DNA of 41,789 nt, taken from NCBI GenBank assembly GCA_003645695.1, contig QNBN01000002.1, positions 1 through 41,789 of the forward strand, written 5' to 3'. This document shows, piece after piece, positions 1 through 10,202 of the stretch. The notes under the pieces are model-generated. The model saw nothing but the letters and a program-made list of their open reading frames with translations. It was not told where the DNA came from and searched no databases. Origin of the DNA: Spirochaetota bacterium. GTDB lineage: Bacteria > Spirochaetota > B62-G9. The translations under genes were made by a program, and so were the position numbers. Positions within the stretch are counted from its first letter, which is position 1, and every line of letters begins with the position of its first letter.

Positions 1-648
1 CCCATGGAAATGATAACGAAGGATAATAAAATAACAGGCTTTGATATTGATTTAATTAAATTCATATCTGAGAAATCTAATTTTGACATCAATATAATTC
101 CTGTAATTAAAGAGAATTTGATTTACGGATTGATTGATGGAACTTACAACATTGTTATATCAGGAATAACATTTTCAACAGAACTCAAAACAAAGTATCC
201 TGATGTATTATTCAGTAAACCATACCTCAAAATAGGTGACGTTATAGTAATATCTGAAGATTTCTATAATTTTAAAGGGATCTCTAATTAAACGGGGAAA
301 ACTGTAGGAATTAAAAATAACTCGACTGCTGAAGAAGTATTGAAAAAATATCCAAAAATTAAGATTACAAAGTATAAAAGAATATCAAATGCCTTTACAG
401 ATTTAGCTAGAAATAAGATTAGTGCTGTTGTTACAGATCTACCAATTGCAGCCCAGTTTGTATATTACAATGATGAGTACAAAGGTATATTTAAAATAGT
501 CAATATCCCATTAACAAAAAAAGAGTATGTAATAGCTGTTAATAAATCGAACCAGGAACTTCTAAAAAAGATCAATTCTTCAATCAATCTGCTTGAAAAA
601 AGTGGTGAACTCAACAACTTGATCATAAAATGGTTTTTTAAAAAATGA
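1..648 (+). pseudogene. Periplasmic amino-acid/solute-binding protein (SBP family 3). 5' end lies outside the window, and the frame is interrupted by an in-frame TAA at 289-291.
   Basis: ORFs 4-291 and 340-648 share one frame. Reading through the TAA gives a continuous SBP_bac_3-like sequence (GFDIDL..., ISGITFS..., FSKPYL..., N*TGKTVGIKNNS, VVTDLPIA, KWF). The frame is already open from base 1. TAA is one substitution from TTA (Leu). Confidence 0.6.
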
Positions 649-1661
649 CAAATCCTACTTGCTTAAAAAATTTAAAATGGAAATTAATACTAATAACTAT
701 TCTATTTTTTATTGTTCTTTTTTTTTCATCGTGCAAATCAAAAAAGATAGAGATAACCAGAACAACCCTCTCAATGGGGACATTTGTTCAGATTGATATT
801 GTAACTAATATTAAATATGAGGAAAAGGCCAATTCGGTAATTGATGAATCTTTTAAACAAATTAAAAAATATGATGCTGAGTTTGATTACAGAAAAAAGG
901 GTGATTTAAATCGATTTAATAGAGATAGCATAATTGAAAAAGAAAAGTCTCCACAACTTTTCAATCTTATTCAAAAATCTATAATTATTGCAAAATTAAC
1001 CAATGGTGCATTTGATCCTACAATTTATCCACTTGTCAAACTGTGGGGTTTTGATGATGGGCATCCGGTATTACCATCAGTCGATGAAATAAAAAGGGCA
1101 TTAAAGAATGTGAATTATAGGAAAGTAAAGATAGTAAATTATAAAATTACAAAACCATCCAGTATAAAACTGGATTTAAGCGCAATTGCAAAAGGTTACA
1201 TTGTAGATTTGACAAGTAGATATATTAAATCCAAAGGGTTTACAAATTTTTTAATTAATGCTGGTGGTGATATTTTTGTTAGCGGCTTTAACAAAAAGGG
1301 AGAAAAATGGAAAATTGCTATTCAAGATCCATTTAACCCAGATAAATATTCAGGCATATTAAATATAACGAACTCTTCTGTTGTAACATCCGGAGATTAT
1401 GAAAACTTCTTTATTAAGGACGATAAAAAATATTGTCATATTCTTAATCCAAAAACTGGTTATCCTCCCTTTAATATGCATAGTGTTACAATAATATCTG
1501 AGGAGACCTCCTTTTCCGATGCAGTGGCTACAGCCGTCTTTGTAATGGGTCCGGATAAGGGTTTTAATTTTCTAAAGAATAACAACATTAGAGGCCTATT
1601 AATCTTTACAGACCAAAATAAAAAAGTAATTTATAAGGCAACAAATAATTTCTGGGAATAA
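645..1661 (+). CDS. apbE: ApbE-family FAD:protein FMN transferase, predicted lipoprotein
   Basis: ApbE-like motifs (TLSMGT, FDPTIYPLVKLWGF, AKGYIVD, INAGGDI, TSGDYENFF, HILNPKTGYP). N-terminal signal peptide with lipobox-like FFSSC. ATGA start/stop overlap with the upstream ORF. Confidence 0.8.
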   Translation: MTNPTCLKNLKWKLILITILFFIVLFFSSCKSKKIEITRTTLSMGTFVQIDIVTNIKYEEKANSVIDESFKQIKKYDAEFDYRKKGDLNRFNRDSIIEKEKSPQLFNLIQKSIIIAKLTNGAFDPTIYPLVKLWGFDDGHPVLPSVDEIKRALKNVNYRKVKIVNYKITKPSSIKLDLSAIAKGYIVDLTSRYIKSKGFTNFLINAGGDIFVSGFNKKGEKWKIAIQDPFNPDKYSGILNITNSSVVTSGDYENFFIKDDKKYCHILNPKTGYPPFNMHSVTIISEETSFSDAVATAVFVMGPDKGFNFLKNNNIRGLLIFTDQNKKVIYKATNNFWE

Positions 1662-1696
1662 AGATAATTATATTATTCAATATATTGAAGGTAACC

Positions 1697-2230
1697 TCAA
1701 ATAATAAATAATTTTGCGGAGCTAAATATTAATGGGGAAATTACTACAATAAATTGTAATGTTATAATAAGCATATCATATCGATGTAAATTAACTTTTG
1801 GCATATTGATATCTCTGATCCTATTTATTTCTTTCTGAGATTCTTTCAATGAATTTACAAGAAACCTTACAATTCTTCTCTTAAGTTTCTCTTGATAATT
1901 GGATTTTCTTCCTTTAAAAAAGATTTTCATATTAGCATATGATATTTTAAACAGTTTAAACACATAAAAAATTAGAAGGATAAAATCTATTTTTTCTTTC
2001 TTGCCAAATAAATCTTTTCTCCAAAACTTTAAACTCTTCAGTGCAGAGATTATCTGTTTTTCATCAAAACCTTCTGTTAGTAAAAAACTCATAATGTATA
2101 ATTCAATAACAATGCCTGAGTAATATACACCTCTCTTTAGTCCCTGCATAATAAAATAGAAGGGTCCAATATTAAAAAGGATCTTGCCGCTTCCATGCAT
2201 GAAATTTATTACCATAATAAACAATATCAA
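1697..2230 (-). CDS. Polytopic membrane protein, tentatively CbiQ/EcfT-like. True 5' end uncertain, since the frame stays open up to 2434.
   Basis: Hydrophobic helices followed by a basic amphipathic segment. Sits directly downstream of rplQ, where ecf genes lie in many bacteria. The canonical A-x-x-x-R-G motifs are not clear. The track start is a TTG that would remove about 65 hydrophobic in-frame codons. Confidence 0.4.
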   Translation of the reverse strand: MILFIMVINFMHGSGKILFNIGPFYFIMQGLKRGVYYSGIVIELYIMSFLLTEGFDEKQIISALKSLKFWRKDLFGKKEKIDFILLIFYVFKLFKISYANMKIFFKGRKSNYQEKLKRRIVRFLVNSLKESQKEINRIRDINMPKVNLHRYDMLIITLQFIVVISPLIFSSAKLFII

Positions 2231-2421
2231 AGGTATTATTGCTATTAATCTTTTAAATAGACCTCTGCACGTAACTTTTTTTATAAATAGAAAAGAGCAA
2301 AAAATTACTACAGGTTCTAGTAAAATGATCAGGATATTTTTAATAATTAGCGAGGATAATGCGAATATAATAGTATTAATGATAATAGATAATGGAGTGA
2401 TAATTTTTTTATTATTATTTT

Positions 2422-2790
2422 CTATTTTTTCTCCTCAACTTCAACCAGCTCTATAATAGACATTTCAGCTCCATCCCCAAGTCTATTTCCCATTTTAATA
2501 ATTCTTGTATAACCCCCATTTATATTCTTATATCTGGGAGCAATTTCGTCGAATAGTTTTGCTACAATATCCCTATCCTTAATTTTTTTCATAACGATTC
2601 TTTTGTTATGAAGAGTATTCTCCTTTGCCCTTGTAATTATTTTTTCACAATACCTTCTGAGCTCTTTTGCTTTAGGAGTAGTTGTTTTAATTCTTTCATG
2701 TCTTAAAAGCGAGGTTACCATATTAGAAAACATTGCTTTTCTATGCTCTTTATCACGGTTAAGTTTTCTTCCCTTTTTTAGATGTCTCAT
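2422..2790 (-). CDS. rplQ: 50S ribosomal protein L17
   Basis: [24 protein letters not shown]... is a typical L17 N-terminus. Located just after rpoA. Confidence 0.95.
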   Translation of the reverse strand: MRHLKKGRKLNRDKEHRKAMFSNMVTSLLRHERIKTTTPKAKELRRYCEKIITRAKENTLHNKRIVMKKIKDRDIVAKLFDEIAPRYKNINGGYTRIIKMGNRLGDGAEMSIIELVEVEEKK

Positions 2791-2792
2791 TT

Positions 2793-3830
2793 TTATGACT
2801 CCACTTCATTTTTAGACAATTTTTTTTCTAAGTACTCTTTCATCCCAAGGCTTAAACCAAACTCTGCAAGCTTTTCTTTGATTTCCTGTAATGATTTTTT
2901 TCCGAAATTTTTAGTTTTTGAAATCTCTTCCTCAGTCAACATCGCAAGGTCACCTATCGTTTTTACATTGATGTTTCTCAAACAGTTCGAGGATCTCACA
3001 GAAAGCTCAAGTTCTTCAACAGGAGTATTTAATATTGTCTTAAGTTTTTCGAGCTCTTCATCAACACTTTCTTCCTCATCCTCGAACTCTTCATTAAAGT
3101 TTATAAAATGCATAAGATAATCTTTTAAGATCTTTGCAGCATCGGCAACAGCATCTTCCGGCATAATACTACCATCTGTCCATACTTCAAGGATAAGCTT
3201 ATCATAGTCGCCACGCTGTCCCACCATCGCATTCTCTATCCTGAAGTTGCATTTTTTAATTGGTGTAAAAATTGCGTCAATAGGTATTGTTCCTATGGTT
3301 TCGATATTTTCCATATTTTTCTCAGCAGGAACATACCCTCTCCCTCGATTTATCTGTAATTCAATATGGACTTTACTGTCTTCTGCAAAACTTGCGAGAT
3401 GAAGATCAGGGTTAAGCACAGTTACATTGTTATCAACTTGAAGATCTGCTGCTTTTAACTCATTTTTCCCTTCTCTATCTATAGATATTACCTTGGTATC
3501 CGATTCATCGTTTAGCTTCAATCTTACATTTTTTAGATTAAGTATAAAATCTATCGTATCCTCGATCATTCCTGGAATATTATCAAACTCATTCGTTATC
3601 ATCTTCATGCTGTCTGTTTCAGGATCATAAGCTTCGACTCTTATCGCAACTATTGCGTAACCCTGCAATGCAGAAAGTAGAACTCTTCTCAATGAATTAC
3701 CCAATGTTGTACCATAACCTCTTTCCAATGGGCTGGCTATTATTCTTCCATATTCATTATTCTTTTCTTCATGCTCTATTATAAGTGAACGAGGCCTTTT
3801 CATCCCTTTTAAGAGATTTCTATGCGGCAT
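2793..3830 (-). CDS. rpoA: DNA-directed RNA polymerase subunit alpha
   Basis: 345 aa with alpha NTD and CTD signatures ([14 protein letters not shown]; [14 protein letters not shown]). AAGGAG RBS upstream. Confidence 0.97.
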   Translation of the reverse strand: MPHRNLLKGMKRPRSLIIEHEEKNNEYGRIIASPLERGYGTTLGNSLRRVLLSALQGYAIVAIRVEAYDPETDSMKMITNEFDNIPGMIEDTIDFILNLKNVRLKLNDESDTKVISIDREGKNELKAADLQVDNNVTVLNPDLHLASFAEDSKVHIELQINRGRGYVPAEKNMENIETIGTIPIDAIFTPIKKCNFRIENAMVGQRGDYDKLILEVWTDGSIMPEDAVADAAKILKDYLMHFINFNEEFEDEEESVDEELEKLKTILNTPVEELELSVRSSNCLRNINVKTIGDLAMLTEEEISKTKNFGKKSLQEIKEKLAEFGLSLGMKEYLEKKLSKNEVES

Positions 3831-3850
3831 TTTTTACTAGCTCCTTAAGC

Positions 3851-4160
3851 ATTTATGGTTTTATTCATTAAAATTATGTCAAATTCCAGCACTTTAAATT
3901 AAGTAAGCGTTCAATAATCCAAAGCGTTAAATGGTATAATGTTCATTTTAATCATAAAATTCAACAATAATCAAAACTCTTTACAATATATAATCCTAAA
4001 TGTTTTCAAATTCCAAATATTAAATCTAAACTACTGTTCTTTTTTTTCTTTAGCATCTTTTTTAAAAGTGCTAATCCACCTTTTACCTTTTAATACCAAT
4101 ATTTTTGGTTATTTAGAATACTAATATCCAATAATATTTAAATCTAATTTCTTATATAGA
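3851..4160 (+). repeat. Intergenic repeat family, copy E (plus orientation, with a unique insert of about 190 nt), filling the rpsD-rpoA spacer
   Basis: 3851-3874 is an exact 24-mer reverse-complement match to 21664-21687. AATATTTAAATCTAATTT (in 4132-4150) is an exact 18-mer match to copy A. Confidence 0.6.
3873..3881 (-). promoter_or_regulatory. Candidate extended -10 box (TGACATAAT) for rpoA, inside the left end of repeat copy E
   Basis: Minus-strand TGACATAAT about 40 nt upstream of the rpoA ATG. It is positionally homologous to the TGTTATAAT upstream of rpsT in repeat copy C. Confidence 0.35.
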
Positions 4161-4787
4161 TTACTTAGAATACAATTCAACTATAAGCTGTTCGTTTACC
4201 GGCAGATCTATTTCTTCTCGTTTTGGTACGTATAAAAAGCGACCCTTTAAATTGTCGGCATCCACCTCTATCCAGGGAACAGTACCAATTCGCGATACAT
4301 TCTTTAAGCTTTCAAGAATCGCTATCATTTTTTTACTTTTATCTTTAACTTCTATTTCATCATTTTCTCTGACAAGGTATGATGGGATATCAACCTTTTT
4401 TCCATTCACCAGTATATGCCCATGCCTAATTATCTGTCTTGCCATTTTACGGGATTGTGCAAAATGCATCCTATAAACAACATTGTCCAACCTTTGTTCC
4501 AAAAGCATCAACAGAATTTCACCAGTAACACCCTTTTTTCTCGAAGCAATCTCAAAGTACCTTTTAAACTGCTTCTCAAGAAGACCATAATATCTCTTTA
4601 CCTTCTGTTTTTCTCTCAATTGTAATCCATACTCCGAAAGCTTACTTCTCCTCCTTGGTAATTGTCCTGGTGGTGTTCTTCTTTTCACCATTGGGCATTT
4701 ATTTGAAATACATCTCTCACCCTTCAACATTAATTTAATACCCTCTCTTCTACAAAGCCTGCAGGAAGGTCCTAAATATCTTCCCAT
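4161..4787 (-). CDS. rpsD: 30S ribosomal protein S4
   Basis: [16 protein letters not shown]... with an S4 zinc-ribbon-like N-terminus. Start moved to the ATG at 4787, 9 nt after a GGAGG. The track's TTG lies inside the RBS. Confidence 0.95.
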   Translation of the reverse strand: MGRYLGPSCRLCRREGIKLMLKGERCISNKCPMVKRRTPPGQLPRRRSKLSEYGLQLREKQKVKRYYGLLEKQFKRYFEIASRKKGVTGEILLMLLEQRLDNVVYRMHFAQSRKMARQIIRHGHILVNGKKVDIPSYLVRENDEIEVKDKSKKMIAILESLKNVSRIGTVPWIEVDADNLKGRFLYVPKREEIDLPVNEQLIVELYSK

Positions 4788-4878
4788 ATATAATTCCTCC
4801 AAATTGTTTTGAATATCCTACATCCATATCTTATTTATATCAAATTAATAATGATTAAGATATATATATTGAAGATTT

Positions 4879-5271
4879 TTATACTCTTCTTCTTTTTCTT
4901 GGTCTGCAACCATTATGTGGGATCGGAGTTACATCCTTAATTAGATTAATTTTTAATCCGACTGCCTGTAATGTTCTTATTGCTGATTCTCGACCAGCAC
5001 CAGGCCCCTTTACATATACATCAACCTCTCTAAGGCCATGCTCCATGGCTTTTTTTGCTGCATCTTCAGCAGTAACCTGAGCAGCAAATGGTGTGCTTTT
5101 TTTGGCCCCTTTAAAGTCAAGACTCCCTGCACTTGACCATGAAATTGCATTTCCGTGTTTATCGGTTATTGTTATTATAGTATTATTAAAGGTGGACTGT
5201 ATGTGAGCAATCCCACTTGCAATATTTTTCTTTTCTTTCTTTTTAGTTCTCGTCTTTTTTGCTTTTGCCAC
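4879..5271 (-). CDS. rpsK: 30S ribosomal protein S11
   Basis: S11 signature ([18 protein letters not shown]...[13 protein letters not shown]). GTG start with GAGGAG RBS. Confidence 0.95.
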   Translation of the reverse strand: MAKAKKTRTKKKEKKNIASGIAHIQSTFNNTIITITDKHGNAISWSSAGSLDFKGAKKSTPFAAQVTAEDAAKKAMEHGLREVDVYVKGPGAGRESAIRTLQAVGLKINLIKDVTPIPHNGCRPRKRRRV

Positions 5272-5283
5272 TTTTAAACTCCT

Positions 5284-5652
5284 CTACTTTTTCTTTCCTG
5301 CAACCGTCTTTTTCTTACCTTTTCTGGTTCTGGCATTCGTTCTTGTTCTTTGACCTCGAACTGGTAAACCTCTTCTATGCCTTAATCCCCTATAGGATCC
5401 AATATCTATCAATCGTTTTATATTCATAGATACTTCTGTTCGAAGTTCACCCTCGATTTTATAATTATTTTCTATAATATTTCTTAAAGTAGCAATCTCT
5501 TCGTCAGATAGCTCGTGAACTCTCTTGTCGGGACTTATGTTTGCCTCTTTGATAATTTTCTCAGCTATTGTCCGTCCTATTCCATAAATATAGGTCAACG
5601 CTATAACAACTCTTTTATTATTGGGTATATCAACACCAGCAATTCTTGCCAT
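5284..5652 (-). CDS. rpsM: 30S ribosomal protein S13
   Basis: [26 protein letters not shown]... is canonical S13. Confidence 0.95.
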   Translation of the reverse strand: MARIAGVDIPNNKRVVIALTYIYGIGRTIAEKIIKEANISPDKRVHELSDEEIATLRNIIENNYKIEGELRTEVSMNIKRLIDIGSYRGLRHRRGLPVRGQRTRTNARTRKGKKKTVAGKKK

Positions 5653-5663
5653 ATTCCTCTCCC

Positions 5664-5777
5664 TTACTTTTGTCTCTGTTTGTGTTTAGGGTTTTCACAT
5701 ATAACCCTCACAACACCTTTTCTCTTTATTACTTTGCATTTATCACAAATTGGCTTGACGGAAGCTCTCACTTTCAT
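5664..5777 (-). CDS. rpmJ: 50S ribosomal protein L36 (not in ORF track)
   Basis: Hand translation gives [37 protein letters not shown]. Located between infA and rpsM as expected. Confidence 0.9.
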   Translation of the reverse strand: MKVRASVKPICDKCKVIKRKGVVRVICENPKHKQRQK

Positions 5778-5843
5778 TTTACACTCCATTAACCTGTAGT
5801 TTTACTTTCTAAAATATACTAACAAAGCTTAAAACATTTTTTT

Positions 5844-6062
5844 CTATTTAAATCTATAAGTGATCCGACCTCTATTTAAATCATAAGGTGATAGTTCTAC
5901 ACTTACTTGATCACCAGGTAATATCCTGATATTATGCATTCTCATTTTACCAGAGATATGAGCCAATACTATATGTCCATTTTCTAACTCAACTTTGAAC
6001 ATTGCATTAGGAAGAGGTTCTTTTACTATACCTTTTACTACAATCGCCTCTTCTTTAGACAT
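5844..6062 (-). CDS. infA: Translation initiation factor IF-1
   Basis: 72 aa S1-like fold sequence ([20 protein letters not shown]...RITYRFK). Confidence 0.95.
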   Translation of the reverse strand: MSKEEAIVVKGIVKEPLPNAMFKVELENGHIVLAHISGKMRMHNIRILPGDQVSVELSPYDLNRGRITYRFK

Positions 6063-6223
6063 TTAGACTCCTCTGTTTATTTATTTTACCTTGCAATTAA
6101 TTTTAGTTAATTATAAAAATCTTGCTTACCAATTTAACATTCCTTGCTTGAACAGTAATTTTCTGAGCAATAAGATAATCATTTTATAAAATATTGTCAA
6201 TTACAGCAAATATATGATAACTA

Positions 6224-7546
6224 TTAAAGATTTCTACCTCTTAATTTGCCACCCTTTTTCATAAATCCGTCATAATGCCTCATTAACAAATGAGATTCGA
6301 TTTGTTTCATTGTATCAAGATCTACACCTACCATAATCAAAAGCGATGTACCTCCCATTAGATAAGCCATTGTAGAAGGTAGGTTCAACCATCTCTGAAT
6401 AATAGTTGGTATCAGGGCTATCGTAGCTAAAAAGATTGATCCCGGCAAAACAATCCTATTTAAAACTCTCTGTAAGTATGACGATGTATTAGCCCCTGGT
6501 CTAATTCCAGGTATATAGCCACCAACCTTTTTTAAGTTATCTGCTATATCTATAGGGTTTAACTGTATCTGTGTATAAAAGTATGTGAAAAATATGATTA
6601 ACAGTGCATAAAGTACTAGGTACAATGGCCTTCCAGGAGTTAGTAAAACAGCGAGTTTTTGTAATGCAGGAACTCTAGGCCCCAACGACTGAGCTATCTG
6701 AGCAGGAAATAACAGTACTGAAGAAGCAAAAATAATCGGTATAACTCCGGATGGATTGATCTTCAATGGAAGGTATGTTGATTGGGCTGAATAAACTTTT
6801 CTTCCTATTACCTTCTTAGCGTGCTGGATAGGTATTCTTCTCTGTCCCTGTTGCTCTATTATGACCAGCATAACTATAATAACAAACACCCCAAAGGATA
6901 CAATCAATGTAACCGGGTTTAGTTCACCAACCTTCATCTGATCATAAACCTGTTTGGCAGCAACCGGTATCCTAGCTACTATACCAATAAAGATAAGAAG
7001 TGATATACCGTTTCCTATACCCCTCTCTGTTATCTGCTCACCTATCCACATAAGAAAAATAGTACCTGAGGTAACAGCAACTACCGCTGTTATTGTAAAC
7101 CCGATACCTGGATTAACGACAACATCCGGTCTTGATTTCATAAAGACCGTCAATGCATATCCCTGTATTCCTGCGATTCCTACAGTTGATACTCTAGTTA
7201 TTTGCTGTATCTTTTTTCTACCAACTTCACCCTCTTTTGAAAGTCTTTCAAGTGCAGGGATAACAACGGTAAGTAATTGTAAAATAATGGAAGCAGATAT
7301 ATAGGGCATTATTCCCAGTGCAAATAGAGTGAATCTTCTTAATGCACCACCAGCAAATAGATCTAGAAATCCCAGCAATCCTCCCGTTTGGCCAAATAGC
7401 CTCTCAAGTGCTACTGCATTTATACCTGGGACCGGAATATAAGCACCGATCCTAAAAATAACTATCATCAATAAAGTAAAAAATATTCTTTTTCGTAGCT
7501 CCGGTATTCTAAATATGTTCAAAGCTATATTACTATCCAGTGCCAT
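6224..7546 (-). CDS. secY: Preprotein translocase subunit SecY
   Basis: 440 aa polytopic protein with SecY motifs (GIMPYISASII, WIGEQITERGIGNGISL). Follows rplO. Confidence 0.96.
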   Translation of the reverse strand: MALDSNIALNIFRIPELRKRIFFTLLMIVIFRIGAYIPVPGINAVALERLFGQTGGLLGFLDLFAGGALRRFTLFALGIMPYISASIILQLLTVVIPALERLSKEGEVGRKKIQQITRVSTVGIAGIQGYALTVFMKSRPDVVVNPGIGFTITAVVAVTSGTIFLMWIGEQITERGIGNGISLLIFIGIVARIPVAAKQVYDQMKVGELNPVTLIVSFGVFVIIVMLVIIEQQGQRRIPIQHAKKVIGRKVYSAQSTYLPLKINPSGVIPIIFASSVLLFPAQIAQSLGPRVPALQKLAVLLTPGRPLYLVLYALLIIFFTYFYTQIQLNPIDIADNLKKVGGYIPGIRPGANTSSYLQRVLNRIVLPGSIFLATIALIPTIIQRWLNLPSTMAYLMGGTSLLIMVGVDLDTMKQIESHLLMRHYDGFMKKGGKLRGRNL

Positions 7547-7561
7547 TTAGACCTCTTAATT

Positions 7562-8002
7562 TTATAATTTAATCTCTACCTTACCACCTGCTTTTTCTAC
7601 TAGCTCAATTGCTTTTTTAGATGCTTTTGAAACAACTATGTTTAATTTTTTTGTTATTTCACCCTTTGCAAGCAATTTTACATAAGGAGTCTTTTTCGTG
7701 ACTAATCTCTTTCTTGAAAGGGACTTGTAATCTACAACTTCACCTTCATCGTATTTATTGTTTATTTCACCAATATTTACTATCTGATACTCCTTTGAGA
7801 ACTTTTTATTATTAAATCCAATCTTCGGGATTCTTCTTGAAAGGGGCATTTGCCCACCTTCGAACCCTATTTTTTCGCTATATCCGGATCTTGATTTTTG
7901 CCCTTTATTTCCCCTCCCGGAAGTACAACCATTACCAGATCCCTGGCCTCTTCCTATTCTTCTCCTGGTCTTTACAGAACCTGCTGGTGGATGTAATATC
8001 AT
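7562..8002 (-). CDS. rplO: 50S ribosomal protein L15
   Basis: RRIGRGQGSGNGCTSGRGNKGQKSRSG is the L15 signature. Its ATG overlaps the rpmD stop. Confidence 0.95.
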   Translation of the reverse strand: MILHPPAGSVKTRRRIGRGQGSGNGCTSGRGNKGQKSRSGYSEKIGFEGGQMPLSRRIPKIGFNNKKFSKEYQIVNIGEINNKYDEGEVVDYKSLSRKRLVTKKTPYVKLLAKGEITKKLNIVVSKASKKAIELVEKAGGKVEIKL

Positions 8003-8199
8003 TTTTTATCCCTCTCTACAATAACCAAATGATTAACCTTTGTTATCATACCTCGAATAGAAGATGTATCTTTATGTATCCTGATTTTATTTAATTTTCT
8101 CAGTCCAAGCGCTCTAACTATTCTTCTCTGTTTTTCCGGTATCCCTATTAAACTTCTAACAAGTTTTACTTTAATCGTTCCTTCTTTTGTTTTTGACAT
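7999..8199 (-). CDS. rpmD: 50S ribosomal protein L30
   Basis: 66 aa with IKVKLVRSLIGIPEKQRRIVRALGLRK, typical L30. Confidence 0.92.
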   Translation of the reverse strand: MSKTKEGTIKVKLVRSLIGIPEKQRRIVRALGLRKLNKIRIHKDTSSIRGMITKVNHLVIVERDKK

Positions 8200-8204
8200 T
8201 TTCT

Positions 8205-8726
8205 TTATCCTAATAAATCTTTAAATGTTTTTCCCCTAAACTCAAGTATATTGTTTATATCCATTAGTTTATTTAATCCATTGAGCGTTGCATATACCAC
8301 ATTAATGGCATTATTTGAACCAAGCGATTTTGTTAAAATGTCCTTGATCCCCGCCAGCTCAACAACAGCCCTAACTGGACCACCAGCTATTATTCCCGTA
8401 CCTGGTGAAGCAGGTTTCATTACCACTTTACCGCTCTTAAACTCCCCAATTACTTCATGTGGTATGGTATTACCCTTTAAATTTATCTTTACAATATCTC
8501 TCTTAGCTTTTTCAACAGCCTTTCTTATAGCTTCGGATACTTCATTCGCCTTTCCATATCCAATTCCCACTCTACCATTCTTATCGCCAACAACAACAAG
8601 AGCACTAAAGCTAAACCTACGGCCACCTTTAACGACTTTTGCAACCCTGTTAAGCTTCACTAACTTTTCATTAAACTCTTCTTTTTCTTCATTAACACTA
8701 TTTAGATTTGCAACTGAATCTGCCAA
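8205..8726 (-). CDS. rpsE: 30S ribosomal protein S5
   Basis: [24 protein letters not shown] is the S5 signature. TTG start 6 nt after AAGGAG. Confidence 0.95.
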   Translation of the reverse strand: MADSVANLNSVNEEKEEFNEKLVKLNRVAKVVKGGRRFSFSALVVVGDKNGRVGIGYGKANEVSEAIRKAVEKAKRDIVKINLKGNTIPHEVIGEFKSGKVVMKPASPGTGIIAGGPVRAVVELAGIKDILTKSLGSNNAINVVYATLNGLNKLMDINNILEFRGKTFKDLLG

Positions 8727-8749
8727 CTTATACTCCTTATTTAATAAAT

Positions 8750-9088
8750 TTACATTTTAATACCAGCTTTCCTTACTCCGTCAGCCAAAGCTTTTACTAG
8801 ACCGTGATAAACATATCCATTTCTATCAAACACGGCTTTTTCAATTTTTAATTCTAATAACTTCTTGCCTAAATCTTCACCAACTTTTGAGGCACCATCT
8901 ACTGTTTTCTTTTCCTTTAATTTTAAGTTTGATGATGTACACAACGTATGCCCTCTGTCATCATCTATTGCCTGAACATAGATATATCTATTACTTTTGA
9001 ATACTGTAATTCTTGGTTTCTCTGCTGTACCATATATTTTTTTCCTGATTCCCCTCTTACGTCTCAATCTTCTTTCAATCTTATTCAT
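8750..9088 (-). CDS. rplR: 50S ribosomal protein L18
   Basis: [19 protein letters not shown]...[17 protein letters not shown], typical L18. Confidence 0.95.
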   Translation of the reverse strand: MNKIERRLRRKRGIRKKIYGTAEKPRITVFKSNRYIYVQAIDDDRGHTLCTSSNLKLKEKKTVDGASKVGEDLGKKLLELKIEKAVFDRNGYVYHGLVKALADGVRKAGIKM

Positions 9089-9144
9089 TCCTGTAATCCT
9101 TATTAATCAGTTATATTCTCAAATGGCAATTTTTATTCAGCTTC

Positions 9145-9696
9145 TTACTTAACCCCTGCTTTACCCGCTTTTCTCCTTATTCTCTCATCCTGGTACATAA
9201 CACCTTTCCCCTTGTATGGCTCTGGGGGTTTAAATTTTCTTATATTAGCTGCAACCTGACCAACCAATCGCTTATCTATTCCACTTACAATTATTGTTGT
9301 AGGATCAGGTATTTCTATATCTATCCCTTCCGGAACTGGAAAATTAACTGGATGAGAAAATCCAAGGTTTAAAACAAGGGTTTTACCCTGTAATTGTGCC
9401 TTATATCCAACTCCAACTATTTTAAGCGCTTTAGAATACCCGGTATGCACCCCAACGATTAAATTATTTATTAATGATCGGGTTAGCCCATGAAACGCAT
9501 CTGATTTTTTATTTTCAGGATTGTGATTTATAACTTCAATTTGATGTTCTGATATTTTAATCTCTCCATCAAAGTTTTCAAAATTCAAATCCATCTGAAG
9601 TTTCCCTTTTGGTCCCTCTACAACTATCTTTGGAGGTGAATACTCTACCTTAACTCCCTCTGGTATTAAAATAGGAAGACTACCAATCCTTGACAT
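9145..9696 (-). CDS. rplF: 50S ribosomal protein L6
   Basis: MSRIGSLPILIPEGVKV...GYSKALKIVGVGYKA, typical L6. Confidence 0.95.
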   Translation of the reverse strand: MSRIGSLPILIPEGVKVEYSPPKIVVEGPKGKLQMDLNFENFDGEIKISEHQIEVINHNPENKKSDAFHGLTRSLINNLIVGVHTGYSKALKIVGVGYKAQLQGKTLVLNLGFSHPVNFPVPEGIDIEIPDPTTIIVSGIDKRLVGQVAANIRKFKPPEPYKGKGVMYQDERIRRKAGKAGVK

Positions 9697-9749
9697 TAAA
9701 TATCTCCATTATATCATTATTATTTAACAATATATTTGTATAAATTAAT

Positions 9750-10148
9750 CTACCATATATAACAAATTACTTCACCACCTACATTGCTCTCTCTAGCCTT
9801 TTTATCAGTTAACACACCCTTTGATGTAGAAATAATAGAAGTTCCATATCCATTGTAAACCCTTGGTATTTGATTTTTCTTTTTATATACCCTCAGACTT
9901 GGCCTGGAAACTCTCTTTAAATCATGTATTACAGATTCTCCGTTTGGTGTATATTTTAAGTAAATCCTAATATAGGATTTTCTACCTTCTTCAATAAGTT
10001 TAAAATTCTTTATATAGCCTTCATTTTTTAGTATTTTAATGATTTCTAATTTTAATTTACTAGAAGGTATATCAACTTTTTCTTTTTTTACTCTATTAGC
10101 ATTTCTTATTACCGTAAGCATATCGGCAATTGGATCTGATAAGCCCAC
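9750..10148 (-). CDS. rpsH: 30S ribosomal protein S8
   Basis: [13 protein letters not shown]...GGEVICYIW, typical S8. GTG start after GAGGTG. Confidence 0.95.
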   Translation of the reverse strand: MGLSDPIADMLTVIRNANRVKKEKVDIPSSKLKLEIIKILKNEGYIKNFKLIEEGRKSYIRIYLKYTPNGESVIHDLKRVSRPSLRVYKKKNQIPRVYNGYGTSIISTSKGVLTDKKARESNVGGEVICYIW

Positions 10149-10202
10149 ACTATCACCTCTTTTTTAAAAATTTGTTTTTATAAAAATAACTCAACTGGTT
10201 AA

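Noticed and set aside
289-291. Possibility that the in-frame TAA reflects stop-codon reassignment or an alternative genetic code
   Set aside because: Every conserved gene in the window reads cleanly with the standard code, and TAA clearly terminates genes, for example rpmJ and rpoC. A single nonsense change or a sequencing error is far more likely.
2184-2456. 90-aa plus-strand ORF spanning the rplQ stop region
   Set aside because: It is antisense to the continuous hydrophobic minus-strand frame of the CbiQ/EcfT-like gene and overlaps the rplQ 3' end. It has no RBS and an I/N/L-rich AT-driven composition.
3939-4124. 61-aa ORF inside the rpsD-rpoA spacer
   Set aside because: It lies in the unique insert of repeat copy E. 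It is an extremely AT-biased F/I/L/N-rich peptide with no RBS and no recognisable motif. An open frame of this length is expected by chance in such a sequence.
6063-6223. Absence of adk and map between secY and infA as an anomaly
   Set aside because: These two genes are variably present at this position across bacterial phyla, so their absence is ordinary variation. The spacer shows only weak promoter-like and hairpin-like features.
8251-8760. 169-aa plus-strand ORF, together with similar long plus-strand ORFs at 12384-12896, 26459-26860, 26514-26840, 6954-7304, 27314-27652, 2782-3120, 36850-37143 and 29999-30235
   Set aside because: All lie antisense to, and fully inside, strongly conserved minus-strand genes (rpsE, rplP, rpoB, secY, rpoA, the HU-like gene, rplL). 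Their translations are low-complexity S/T/P/L/F-rich with no RBS. They are shadow ORFs of highly expressed genes.
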